A stretch of DNA of 64,000 nucleotides, taken from positions 186,001 through 250,000 of the forward strand of contig NIVC01001402.1 in assembly GCA_002269645.1 (NCBI GenBank), read 5' to 3'. The position numbers and the translations under genes were made by a program. The notes under the pieces were generated by a model, which saw only the letters and a list, made by a program, of their open reading frames with translations, made no database searches and was not told the DNA's origin. The DNA comes from Macrostomum lignano (Eukaryota). Below, piece after piece: positions 48,945 through 61,188 of the stretch (within the stretch, counting starts at the first letter, position 1; every line of letters begins with the position of its first letter).

Positions 48945-50835
48945 TCAGAAGCGCCTTTCCCGCTTCTGGTTGAATGAGCAGCCGCTGCCGCCGCTGGCCC
49001 GCTTGACGCCCTGCGCTACCAGCTGCAGGATGCCGCCGTGGCTTGTCGGCTGCCACTGCATCAGCTGCTGTGGCTGCTGCGGCGGCTGGCGTGGGGGCGG
49101 CGGCACAGCCTGCGGCACCTGCCGCCTGGCGAGGCTCACTTCGAGACCGTCGACACCATCAAGCTCGGCGACGGCGCGCAGCGCGTCCTCCCGCCGGCGG
49201 AAGCACACCAGGCCGAGGTCGTGAGTTCGAGTCACGCTGTCTAGTTGGCCGAACGAGGCGACCCGACGGCGCAGTTCAGCTTCCGTCACGGAGGGCTTTA
49301 GGTTGCGGATGAGCAGCAGGCGGAGCTGGTTGAGCGTCTCTCGGTCCTCCTGGTGGGCAGGTACGCAAGAAGTGTGGATGGACACCTGCGGGCCTCCTTG
49401 CTCTGCCTTTGCTGATCTCCACAACTACTTTTTCTATTAAACCAGGCCATGGAGTTCAAATCTTTTCTGCTCATCTATCCTATCTAGCCAGCTAGGTGGT
49501 ACTAGAAAACTTGTCTACTGTCAATGTATTCTGCTGAACAGTCGCTTAGACCGGCCCTATTAAAGCCGGTCTTCGGGGTGGGAATGGTTCTGTTCTATCC
49601 AAACTGCAGTAGCTTCAAATCACCTCTTCAACGGCGTCCGCCCAGTCCACACAGATGTCGCCGGCGCCGCCGCTGCAGTCGGCAAAGACGCACCTGCCAC
49701 GGTCCTTCACCAGCCGTTTTTTCGCCGCCGAGGCGTCGGCGTGGCTGGCGAATTCCAGGAAACAGAAGCCGCGGTTGCTCGCTGGCGACTGCGATGAGGC
49801 CGAAGGCACGTTTGATGAGGCAGCAGCGGCTGCGGCGTAGCAGACAACTCCAGTGAGACCGTTAAGACCAGCGGACTTGAATGCTGACCTGGACAGGTGG
49901 TGTACAACTACACTGGATTAACGGTGAGACAGACAGACGGACAGACAGACACTAACAGACAAACCTGATCTGTTCAACACTCAGCCGCTTCGGTAGGTTT
50001 CCAACCAGCAGCCGGCAGTTTGGCGCCATCGGCTCCACTTGCAGCGGCCGAGAGTCACTGAAGTCGCAGATGCGTCGGCCATTGAGCAGCTCGGCGGCGC
50101 GGATGGCATCGGCGGGGCTGGCAAAGAGGGCGAAGGCAAAGCCTTTGTTAAGGCCGCTGGTGGGTTCTGTGGGGATTCGCAGGTCGAACAGCGGCCCGGC
50201 CTCCTCCAGCAGCGGCACGAGCGAGTCCTCAAAAGCGTCGGGCGGCAGGCGGCTGATGAAGACCTCGCAACTTGGTGGCGGTGGCGGCTCGCGCTGACGG
50301 CCCGGCGGCGGCCCGTAGCGGCGCTGGCCTGCAGTGACCTCGTGGCTGAAGCCGGTGCGCTGCAGCAGCCGCTTCAGGGAGGCCTCGCTGGGGCCCTTGG
50401 AGGCGGACTGGGCCTGCGACGGTTAAGGTTTATGGTTGCTATGGAGACATCCTGTTCAGACCCACATGCCCCATAGCGGTTCTGCTTAGACTCACATTCC
50501 CCATAGCGGACTCTGCTCAGACTCACATTCCCCATAGCGGACTCTCGCCACGCCTTGAGCGCGCAGTTCAACGCGACGGTCCGCGCCTCGCCAGGCCGCA
50601 GGTCGTCGGCCGACTCCTCGAATTCCTTCAGCGCGCTGACCAGCGCGGGCTCCGGGAAGTCGGTCTCACTGACAGCGGCAAAAGTCTCACCGTCCAGCTC
50701 CGCCCAGGTCAGACGACCGGCCCGTAGCAGCTCAGCGAGGTGCCCGGCTGCCACGACCCCGACACCGCGCCCAGCCAACCGGGATTCGAAGTCGGCGGCT
50801 CCATCTTTGCCGCTTTTGTCCTCGGAGCTGCCCGA
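48945..50835 (-). CDS. SYNCRIP: hnRNP Q/R (SYNCRIP)-like RNA-binding protein: N-terminal helical domain plus 3 RRMs
   Basis: Exons 50835-50527, 50413-49965, 49888-49624, 49349-48945. Family motifs: KGPSEASLKRLLQRTG..VTAGQRRYG, FEDSLVPLLEEAGPLFDLR, GLNKGFAF, CRLLVGNLPK, SNRGFCFLEF, VDWAD, LLIRNL. The N-terminal helical domain (LAELLRAGRLTWAELD...) favours SYNCRIP/hnRNPR over A1CF/RBM47. Divergent, with no RGG tail and no in-frame ATG. Confidence 0.85.
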
Positions 50836-50924
50836 CTGGCGGTGCGGCCGGATTATTCAGCATAACAGTTCGATGCGCACAAATTAACGCATAGAATTCT
50901 ACTTGTGGCTATTCTGTTCTATTC

Positions 50925-52312
50925 ACATGGGGTCACTGACTCATACATCCCATTGGGGTCACTGACTCATACATCACATGGGGTCACTGACTCGTACACC
51001 CCATTGGGGTCACTGACTCGTACATCCCATTGGGGTCACTGACTCATACATCCCATTGGGGTCACTGACTCATACATCCCATTGGGGTCATTGACTCATA
51101 CATCACATGGGGTCACTGACTCATACATCACATGGGGTCACTGACTCGTACATCCCATTGGGGTCACTGACTCATACATCACATGGGGTCACTGACTCGT
51201 ACATCCCATTGGGGTCACTGACTCATACATCACATGGGGTCACTGACTCGTACATCCCATTGGGGTCACTGACTCATACATCACATGGTGTCACTGACTC
51301 ATACATCCCATTGGGGTCACTGAATCAAACACATCACACTGGGGTCACTGACTCAAACACATCACAATGGGGTCACTGACTCAAACACATCCCAATGGGG
51401 TCACTTACTCAAATACATCACACTGGGGTCACTGACTAAAACACATCCCAATGGGGTCACTTACTCAAATACATCACAATGGGGTCACTGACTAAAACAC
51501 ATCACAATGGGGTCACTTACTCAAATACATCACAATGGGGTCACTGACTAAAACACATCACAATGGGGTCACTGACTCAGATACATCACATGGGGTCACT
51601 GACTCAAATACATCACAATGGGGTCACTGACTCAGATACATCACATGGGGTCACTGACTCAAATGCATCACATGGGGTCACTGACTCAAATACATCACAA
51701 TGGGGTCACTGACTCAAACACATCCCAATGGGGTCACTTACTCAAATACATCACAATGGGGTCACTGACTAAAACACATCCCAATGGGGTCACTTACTCA
51801 AATACATCACAATGGGGTCACTGACTAAAACACATCCCAATGGGGTCACTTACTCAAATACATCACAATGGGGTCACTGACTAAAACACATCACAATGGG
51901 GTCACTTACTCAAATACATCACAATGGGGTCACTGACTAAAACACATCACAATGGGGTCACTGACTCAGATACATCACATGGGGTCACTGACTCAAATAC
52001 ATCACAATGGGGTCACTGACTCAGATACATCACATGGGGTCACTGACTCAAATGCATCACATGGGGTCACTGACTCAAATACATCACAATGGGGTCACTG
52101 ACTCAAACACATCCCAATGGGGTCACTTACTCAAATACATCACAATGGGGTCACTGACTAAAACACATCCCAATGGGGTCACTTACTCAAATACATCACA
52201 ATGGGGTCACTGACTAAAACACATCACAATGGGGTCACTTACTCAAATACATCACAATGGGGTCATTGACTAAAACACATCACAATAGGGTCACTTACTC
52301 AAATACATCACA
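50925..52312. repeat. 26-27-bp minisatellite (ATGGGGTCACTGACTCA(T/A)ACATCAC) with a 389-bp higher-order duplication
   Basis: Direct reading; identical 68-aa ORFs at 51618 and 52007. Confidence 0.95.
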
Positions 52313-52939
52313 CCGGGTTCTATCACTACTCAAAATAATTTAAATTTTCAGCCGAATCTTAAGCGACAAAATAAATAAAGAGCTACACTCATGCTACTGA
52401 AAGTAGCAGCAAGTTGCGACTATGAATTCCGAATATTTTGTTAAGAGAGTCAGAGAGAACAGCTTGGACAAATTTAGCCGAACTGGCAAACTCCAGAGTA
52501 AATGGTGCATTTAATCAGGCCAGCTTCAATGCAAGCTGCATTGTACATTGCAATACTTAGATGCTACTACAAGTAGAGCGGGGGAGGGAGGTCAGGACCA
52601 ACTCCAAGACAGAATGCCCTGCAGAGGAAACTGGAAGTCACTGGCTCATTGCGCAGATCGGCAGCAAAACGAGGCAAGCAGAGATTCGGGGCCAGAAACG
52701 AGGAATAGAATGAAAGCATGCAGTAAAAGCAGACTTTGAATGCACTGACTCGTGCAGCTTCAGCCAAATGCTTTTTAGACTTCAGGCTTACGCCTATAAG
52801 AAAATATAGCAATGCCTGCGTGAATTGCGAGCCATAGGAACTAAGTACCGATAAGCTATAAAGTAAATCAAGCAACCCCGCCTCATCAATCCATCAACCC
52901 AGCATAAGTCTGTCATCAGCCCAGACCAAGCTTAATTAC

Positions 52940-53768
52940 TCGTAATCTGTCAGACCCAGTCTCATTAATCTGTCAGACCCAGCTTCATAATCTGTCAGAT
53001 CCAGTCTCATAAATATGTTAGACCCAGCCTCGTCTCATATCTGTCAGACCCAGCCTCATAAATATGTCAGACCCAGCCTCATCAATCTGTCAGACCCAGC
53101 CTCATCAATCTGTCAGACCCAGCCTCATAAATATGTCAGACCCAGTCTCATCAATCTTTCAGACCCAGCCTCATCAATCTGTCAGACCCAGCCTCATAAA
53201 TATGTCAGACCCAGCCTCATCAATCTGTCAGACCCAGCCTCATAAATATGTCAGACCCAGCCTCATCAATCTGTCAGATCCAGCCTCATCAATCTGTCAG
53301 ATCCAGCCTCATCAATCTCAGACCCAGTCTCATCAATCTGTCAGACCCAGCCTCATCAATCTGTCAGATCCAGCCTCATCAATCTGTCAGACCCAGCCTC
53401 ATAAATATGTCAGACCCAGCCTCATCAATCTGTCAGACCCAGCCTCATCAATCTGTCAGACCCAGCCTCATCAATCTGTCAGATCCAGCCTCATCAATCT
53501 CAGACCCAGTCTCATCAATCTGTCAGACCCAGCCTCATCAATCTCAGACCCAGTCTCATCAATCTGTCAGACCCAGCCTCATCAATCTGTCAGACCCAGC
53601 CTCATCAATCTGTCAGATCCAGCCTCATCAATCTGTCAGACCCAGCCTCATAAATATGTCAGACCCAGCCTCATAAATATGTCAGACCCAGCCTCATCAA
53701 TCTGTCAGATCCAGCCTCATCAATCTGTCAGACCCAGCCTCATCAATCTGTCAGACCCAGCCTCATCG
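52940..53768. repeat. ~23-bp minisatellite (TCTGTCAGACCCAGCCTCATCAA) directly downstream of the GID8 stop
   Basis: Direct reading. Confidence 0.95.
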
Positions 53769-53797
53769 ATTTGTCGATAATTCGATCCCGCAGGCGC

Positions 53798-54692
53798 TCA
53801 GACCAAGCTGCCCCCGCCAGACGATGGAGCGCCGTCAAATCCAGCGCCCGCCAAGTCGGTGAGGCGCGGGAATCGAACTCCGGCCGACGCCAGGCGGTCC
53901 TGTGACCACAGCAGCAGACGGAGCAGGTAGTCGAGCCGGCAACGCGCCGCAGCGTCTCTGCCATCCCCATCGGCCTCTGCATCGGCCTCGGCGTCGCGTC
54001 CGGCGATGGCCGCGTCCAGCAGGCCGGCCAGTTGCCGCCGCTGCCCCTGTCCGAGCCAGTGGCCAAACGCTGCAGACTCGGCCGGCCGCTCAAAGGCCAA
54101 TAGTGCCATGGCCTCCTCCAGATCGGACAGCCGCTCCGGTCGCGCTTCTGCCAGCGGCGCCAGGCGCTGCTGCGCCAAATCCAGCGCCTCAGAGGGCCGG
54201 CCAACCCTCACCAGCTCCAGCAACTGCTGCAACCGCAGGCGGAACTCCAGCCCAGGCCGGGAAGCCAGCAGGCCCGGCCTCGCCAATTCCAGCAGCTCCA
54301 CCGCCTCGTCAATGCGGCCCGACTGGAAGAGGGGCGAAAAAATTAGAAAATGACTGTTAATGTACTGCTGGGCAGAATGCTCAATGAGAGCGAGAAATGT
54401 GCTCGCTAAACAGCAGCGGGTGTCAGTGACAATGGACGGTGGGAGCCACAGAGCCAGCGATCACCTGCACAGCCTCCCGTATCCGGCAGCGCAGTTCAGC
54501 ATGGGGAACAGCCGCAGTCTCGGGAGTCGGCAGGCCGCGGGCTTCGCGCTGAAACGCCTCGGCAGCCTCCAGGTGGCCCTGGTGCCGCAGGTAGTCCAGT
54601 AGCAGGCGGTTCAAGTCCTGCTCAGGGGCGAGTTGGCGCTCAGGCAGAGAGGCCAGCCACTGGTCCGGCCGGCAGTCCCTGCCCGAGGCCAT
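53798..54692 (-). CDS. GID8: GID8/TWA1 CTLH E3-ligase subunit (LisH-CTLH-CRA), 2 exons: 54692-54465, 54322-53798
   Basis: LisH motif DLNRLLLDYLRHQGHLEAAEAFQREA; CTLH motif IREAVQSGRIDEAVELL; FRLRLQQLLELVR; LEEAMALLAFERP; LLRLLLWSQDRL..FPRLTDL. GT-AG intron in phase 0. Confidence 0.92.
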
Positions 54693-55892
54693 GGAGGAGG
54701 CCGCAGGGGCCAGAGGAGTTGCGGCCGATGACGGAGCTGTTGACTCGGCCGGAGCCAAGTGTCGAATGCCCAGGCGAATTCGCTGCAGGTGAGAATGCGA
54801 TCTGGGGTATGGATGTTGCCTCCAAGACTTTGCCACAGCAACTCCGGACTCAGAGGAACACTAAGTAGGTAGCACAACTATCCAGCAACTTTATAGCTTA
54901 GACATGAATCCAGACTCAAATTCACACTGCCAGCAAACGAGCCATAAAATGCAACTGGTGTACAATACGATGAAATCCACAACTGATCAAAATGGGCTTC
55001 ATTTGATGGCAGTGTGAACGAGCCTTTAAGAAACTTTTTGGACTTCCTGGTCTAGGATAGGCCTGTTGCTTTTAGTTTACCTGGATTGTGTGCTAATTAT
55101 GGCTCAAAGAAATTGAGAGAAGAATTAAAACATTCTCAACTAAAAAACACTAAGACTAGTTATACAAGCATATAATACACACTTGTAATTGAATGAGAGG
55201 AGGCCTGTGGGGTCATGCCTCTCCCAATATTTTTTGGTAGTAGCTCGTACATGTCAATTTTTAAGGAAGTCTAGTATTTTTATTATAATGCAGATGGGAC
55301 ATTTCAATGTTTGCCTTATTTTGCCAAACCTGCTGACCCACTACTTTTTGAAGCATTCTTGTACAATTGTACAATATTTGGCTATTAAAAATAAAAAAGA
55401 GATAATTAGCTCTTTTGCTCATTGCTAATGAATTTATTGCATCTCTTAGGTTATGATAATAGGAATTAAAAATCCTGAACTTATTATATTATGACATAAA
55501 AATGATTGTTTCATAAAAAGGGTTCCTTAATTACAAATATAAATTAAATATATTATATCAAAAATAAAATACATTCTAAAATTTATTGATGCTGATATTG
55601 ATTTTTTCATATTATGCCATAGCAACCACACTGCCTTCAATAAAAATTGAATAGGCCTATATATAGCCAAGATATAAGAATCCTAATGATATAATCTACA
55701 AGACAAATGCAAGATATAATTATTTTTATATTAAAAATATGTACATTTAAATTAATAAATTCTTTTATTTAGCTAAAACAATGTCAAAAGCAATAAAAAA
55801 GAATTAGAAATTAAAACCAAGTTTTAAGTAAACTTATTATATAAATACCTAAGGTAATAATCTAAAACATAGTATCAAGTCAATAATATATT

Positions 55893-56025
55893 TAAACAAG
55901 CTGTTGAAACCCGCGGATTTTGAACCCGGGGAATTCTAATACCCGGAACTACTTTTGCATGTATTCTGAAATCTAAGGCCATACACAAACAAAAACTTGT
56001 TAATAGTTAGTAGGATAGAGGTAGA
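55893..56025 (+). mobile_element. Possible very short non-autonomous Helitron-like (HINE/DINE-1/Lep1-type) fragment
   Basis: Begins ACAAGCTGTTGAAACCCGCGG and ends TAGTTAGTAGGATAG, resembling from memory the termini of Lep1/DINE-1-type elements; needs a library search. Confidence 0.3.
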
Positions 56026-56139
56026 CATAAAATGGAGCACATTCGTTTAAAATTAGGGTTTGAGACATTGTTGGCTGGGGTACTGCGCAGAATGTCAGGC
56101 AATGTCTGTCTGACTCTAAAACATATATTGCTAAACTCT

Positions 56140-56557
56140 GGTCTCTCCCTGTCTCTCCCTACGTCCCTTGGATCCTTTAAAATTTCTATCGTCTCTTTGT
56201 TTCCTCTCATCTCTCTCGTCCCTCGTCTCTCCTCTCTCGTCTCTCCTCTCTCCCCTCTTCTTTCGTATCTTCCCTCATCTCTCTTCTCTTTCATTTCTCT
56301 TATCTCATCTCTTGTCTCTTCTTTTCTCTCTCTTCTCTACTTTTTCGTTTTCTCTCTTCTCTCTCCCCCTCTCCTCTCTCCTCTCACCCCCTCTTCTCTC
56401 TTATCTTCCTTCTCCTTTCTATTTCTTTTCTCTCTTCTCTTAACTCTCTCATCTCTCCCCTCTTCTCTCGTCTCTTCCCGCACCTCTTTTCTCTCTCGTC
56501 TTTGCTCTCTCATCTTTCCTTTCTCTTCTTTTTATCTTTTCTCTCTTATCTCTTCTC

Positions 56558-56626
<69 letters not shown>

Positions 56627-56640
56627 GTCTTTCTCTCTTA

Positions 56641-56675
<35 letters not shown>

Positions 56676-57340
56676 TATCTCTCCTCCTCTCTCTACTCTC
56701 TCCCCTCTCCATTCTCCTCTTTCCTCTCCTCTGTTCTCTCTACTCTCCCATCTTTTATCTGTTCACTCTCGTCTCTGCTCTCTCATCCCCCTCTTTAATC
56801 TGGCATCTCTGTCTTATTCTGTCTTATATGTTCTCTCACCTCTCTCCTCTGTACTCTTTTCTTTCCCCTCTTTTGACTCCTTACTTTCCTTTCTCCTTTC
56901 TTCTTTTCTCTTCTCTTCCCTTTTCTATACTCTGTCTCCCTCTCTTCTCTCACTCCACTCTCCTCTCTCCGTTATCTCTCATCTCTCATTTCTTATCTCT
57001 CCTTCAACCTCTCTCATCTCTACAACCTTAGAGATGTAGAGATGTATCTTTATCTCTTCTCTCTTCCCTTTACTCTCTCATCTCTTCTTTCACCTGTTTC
57101 CTCTCTGCTCTCCTCTCTGCTCTCTGCTCTCTCCTCTCATCTGCAGCTCTCTGCTCTCTCATCTCTACTCTCTCCTCTCGCTTTTCCTCTCTCCCCTCTT
57201 CTCCCCCTCTCTCTCATCGTCCTCACCCCCTCATCTCTCCTATTATCTTTTATCTTTTCTTTTATCCCCTCTGTCGCCTCTCCTCTCTTCGAATCGTCTA
57301 TTCCTTCTTCTTTCCACTTTCATCTGCCCCTCAGCTATGA
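56140..57340. repeat. CT-rich low-complexity tract with a (CT)n core
   Basis: Direct reading; explains the spurious Leu/Ser-rich ORFs. Confidence 0.95.
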
Positions 57341-58029
57341 GCTGGATTCTTTATCTGGCCTTTGAGGTAAAAGTCTGCCCATCCCTGCTTGGAAAGCCAG
57401 TTTGTGGGACGTAGTACTCTCATGGTTGTTCTCATGCTTTGATCACGTCATCTTTCTTGCCAATTTGCAGCCCTGAAAGGAATTTTTGTATCTTCAGCTC
57501 CACTGCAGTCTGCATCAGTCTAACAACCAAGGAAATACGCATTTCTTAGGAGGCCATTTAATATTTACACAGTACCTTTAAAAGAAACCTAAAATTTCCA
57601 TGGTGTGCCCAATTTAGTAGGGTTGTATTGCATTGCATCGCATCGCCTTTTCATAAATCTTTCGCTTTTACAAACCATGCTGGATAGTGGATTCCCTCGA
57701 TTTGCCAATTGCCAATTGCCATCCACTGTTAAACTGCTGCAGACTTGTGTCTATACAGAGGACAGTGGTTTGAATCTCTCGCTAAACTGTCTCTCCTCTC
57801 TACGCCTCTCCACTCGCGGGGTGCAGAGAAGGCTATAAATAAAGTTATTCCAAAACACTGTACATTTGCTATGTACATTCAGTCCTATCGCCTGACTCTT
57901 CGTCTGGCTCTGGGGGAATGAGTGAGTGACACAAACAACAGAAAAAGCAGACAAACTTCACATGCTTACAGTTTCTTTTTCGGTTGAGTTACAGAGTTGA
58001 AACTTTACATTTAGATAGAGAATGAGTCA

Positions 58030-58547
58030 ATGAAGAACTGTGTCAAGTTTGAAGTCAATCGCTTTACGTGGAGCAAACTTATGGCAGCTGAAAGTTAGTC
58101 AATTTTGAAACCCTTTTACACATCTGGGCCCAGATCGGGAAAGAGAGGCAGGCGGGCGGAGGTTGGGGTGGTTGCTACGCTGAAAAAAACAGCCTAACTT
58201 TAAAAGTGCACAGCACCGCTCAGGATTAACTTTGAGATTTGAAATTTTACACGATTGTGTCAAAATAGTTGAAAATTGCCTGTGTCAAATTTAAAGAGAA
58301 TCGGTAGAAGTGGAGCGGCGCTATGGAGGATTTAGTGAAAAAAATGCGCATTTTGAGCAGTTTTTTGCACTTTTAGGTAGGAAGAATCAAATTTAGGAAA
58401 TTAAAAGGTAGCCTAAGACATTCTCCGTAGTAAGTTTAGGGTGGGTGTAAAGTTTGGTGTAATTTGGTTGAGCGGTTTGGGAGTCCATAGCGATCAAAAA
58501 TGTCCACACACAGACAGACAGAGTTTTGATTTTTATAGGTAGAGATA
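58030..58547 (+). mobile_element. Probable non-autonomous Helitron-like (HINE/DINE-1/Lep1-type) element, 3' part
   Basis: Three related cores (TGTGTCAAGTTTGAAGTCAATCG ~58041, TGTGTCAAATTTAAAGAGAATCGG ~58281, GGTGTAAAGTTTGGTGTAATTTGG ~58444), an AAAGGTAGCCTA motif, then a CACACAGACAGACAGA microsatellite and a TTTTTATAGGTAGAGAT end. The 5' boundary is undefined. Confidence 0.45.
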
Positions 58548-61188
58548 TACTATTATTAGCACTTAATAGGCCTATAATTTTTTATTATGATACTATGATC
58601 AGGAGAAATAGCATTTCAATATATGAGTGTCTTATAAGTTCCTAGATTTTTTATCATTGCTTTGCAATACCTTGCTCAGATTCCATGCTTGTAAATGTAA
58701 ATTAAAATAAAAGAATAACAAATAAGTCATACAATTAAGTTATTTTTTATCTTTAACCATTCACAAGATGCATCAATATGTGTATCTAGCTCATATTAAG
58801 TGAGTACTATTGTTTTAAATTGCCAATTTGTCTTTTAAAAAATCACCCAAGAGCTCTATTCATTGGAAGTTTTCATTTTGAACTTGTGATTGCTAATGTG
58901 TTACTTGTAATAGACATGTCAATGTCTATGGTCAAACCTTGGTGCCCAAATTGCTAATGAGAATTCTGCTACCAGCATAGGTTATCCCACATAAGTGTTT
59001 GCCATGCCTTACTTGGGCTAGGTATGTATATATAGTCCAATAGATAGAAGACAGTTGAAGGGCATTTTAGCATAAGATAGAAAGTTAAAACCACACTTAA
59101 ATACTAATTAGCAGAGAACTGTACAAGCCAACAATTGATTATGTTCTGAGGTATGGAGATGCAAATTTGTGTATGCACTCTTTAATTGCTTTACCTGGCT
59201 GCATAACTTTGCTAATACTTATATGCATTCTCAGTAGCAAAAATGCATGCAAGTATTTGGTGACCAAATAGAGAAGCCTCATGAGAAAGTTTTATTTAAC
59301 TGCTATCATTGGAGCTATCATAGGTTTTTATCCATCACACATATAAAAATAAAGTTCGCAGTTTGTAACATTGTCATTAGTACTCACCTATACACATACT
59401 TTTTGATGCAGCTTACAAATGGTTGGAGATAGAAAATTAATTCAAGTGTATGACTTATTTGCTACTTTAATTTGCATTTAAAATTGTAAAAACTGAGCAA
59501 GGTATTGCAAAGCTTTGATAAAATTCTGGAAACTTTTGGGATATCCTTGTAGTATAAATCATTGAGATAATTTAGACAAATTTGACTGACTGTATTATGA
59601 GTAGGCATATGACAAATGAGACAATCTAACTAAATAATAATATAGAAACACTAATTACATTTGCATATATGCAATATTTGCTAGTATAAATGAAACAAAA
59701 AATAATTAATAGGTGCCTAGGCCTAGCTATTAATATTGCATCATGAAATTATAAAATCACAATAGATTATATAGTTATACACATTAAACATTAAGGTTGT
59801 CAATGACAAGGACAAGTTGTCAATAATAAATTGTCCTCGTAAGTTGTAACTTATTAAATTATAAAAAGCAATAACTATTTAGTATTTAAAATAAGTGTGA
59901 TGTACTAAGTTGCAATATCACATTATAGATAATAGATAAGATAAGATAAGATAAGATATAGATAAGTTAGTACATCACATTAAGATAGATGCCTCTCTGT
60001 CATTTTAATTTGTTTCACTAGTAAAATTAGTTGACAAATATAACCGCAGCAAAAGTCAGGCCTAAACTAATTTTTTTGTTTTCTTGATTAAATTATTCGA
60101 AGTTCTGTTACATTGCAATGTTTAAAGATATTAATTTTCGTGAAATGTGTAAATCAAGGTATAAGCGGTTAATTACATAAAAATACAAACGAAATTGAGG
60201 CCTACACACTTAATCCTTTATTCTTAACCTATTACTAGCCGTAGTGTTGTGGCCCACAGTGGACCGCGTATGCAATCGGCCGGCCCCCTTTTTAGTAGTA
60301 GTAAGTTTGGCTCAGGCAAGAAGTCTGTTTGGCCAATATATTTCAATAGTAATTCAAGAGTAGAAGAATATATTTATGCATAAGTACCCCCCTTAACCTT
60401 ATGCATAAGTGAGCCCCTTGATCAGCTGACAGTTGTTTTGAAAATGCTTTCTAAGAAGCTAATGATATAAACAAAATGTTTATTTTAAAAACACTCAGAC
60501 CCTTTTTTATAATAATAAGTATTCAAAAAACACACTTCTTCTTTAGATTTTACTTCAGCTCTTACCCTTTATCGTCTTCTATAATGTAAGCTTGATGCCT
60601 TTAGTTACTCATGCACAAAGACGAAGACAAAGAAGCAGCAGGATTTTATTGTATGGCTATCAGGCTATTCGATACCACTGGATATCACGTCACTATTTCG
60701 TTCCTTAGCTAACAAGACATCATAATATTCGAATTCAAGTGATTTTCTACAATCAACAATTTGCTTTTGTTTCAATCTCCCTTGCCGAATAACTTGCCCT
60801 TTATAATAAATTATTTTTGTTTCTTGTGAATATAATTGCAATTCATTTTTTGTCTTTTACTTTTTTATTTTTTTAATTACTTTTTTATACTACATCAATA
60901 TATTTTTTCAGTTCCTCTCCAGTAAGTCTAGTTGGGTGGAACGAAGCCATATTTTTGTTGCTTTAATTTCCCTAAGCCCAGCCTAGATAAGCACCCAATA
61001 GAAAAGATTTTCAAGAATCTATACATGTATTGTTTTATTTATATAAATGGATGACTAGAAAGTAAAAAATGGAACTCGGGATTATCTATCAATTATATTG
61101 CAAGTCTAGGATCATTTTGACATCTAATCTAAAAAATATTAAATTCTAATCTGATTCACTATTGAACTGTTTCAGTCAGTCTTCAATA

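Noticed and set aside
56032-57365. 335-aa Leu/Ser-rich 'membrane protein'
   Set aside because: It is the translation of a CT-rich low-complexity tract.
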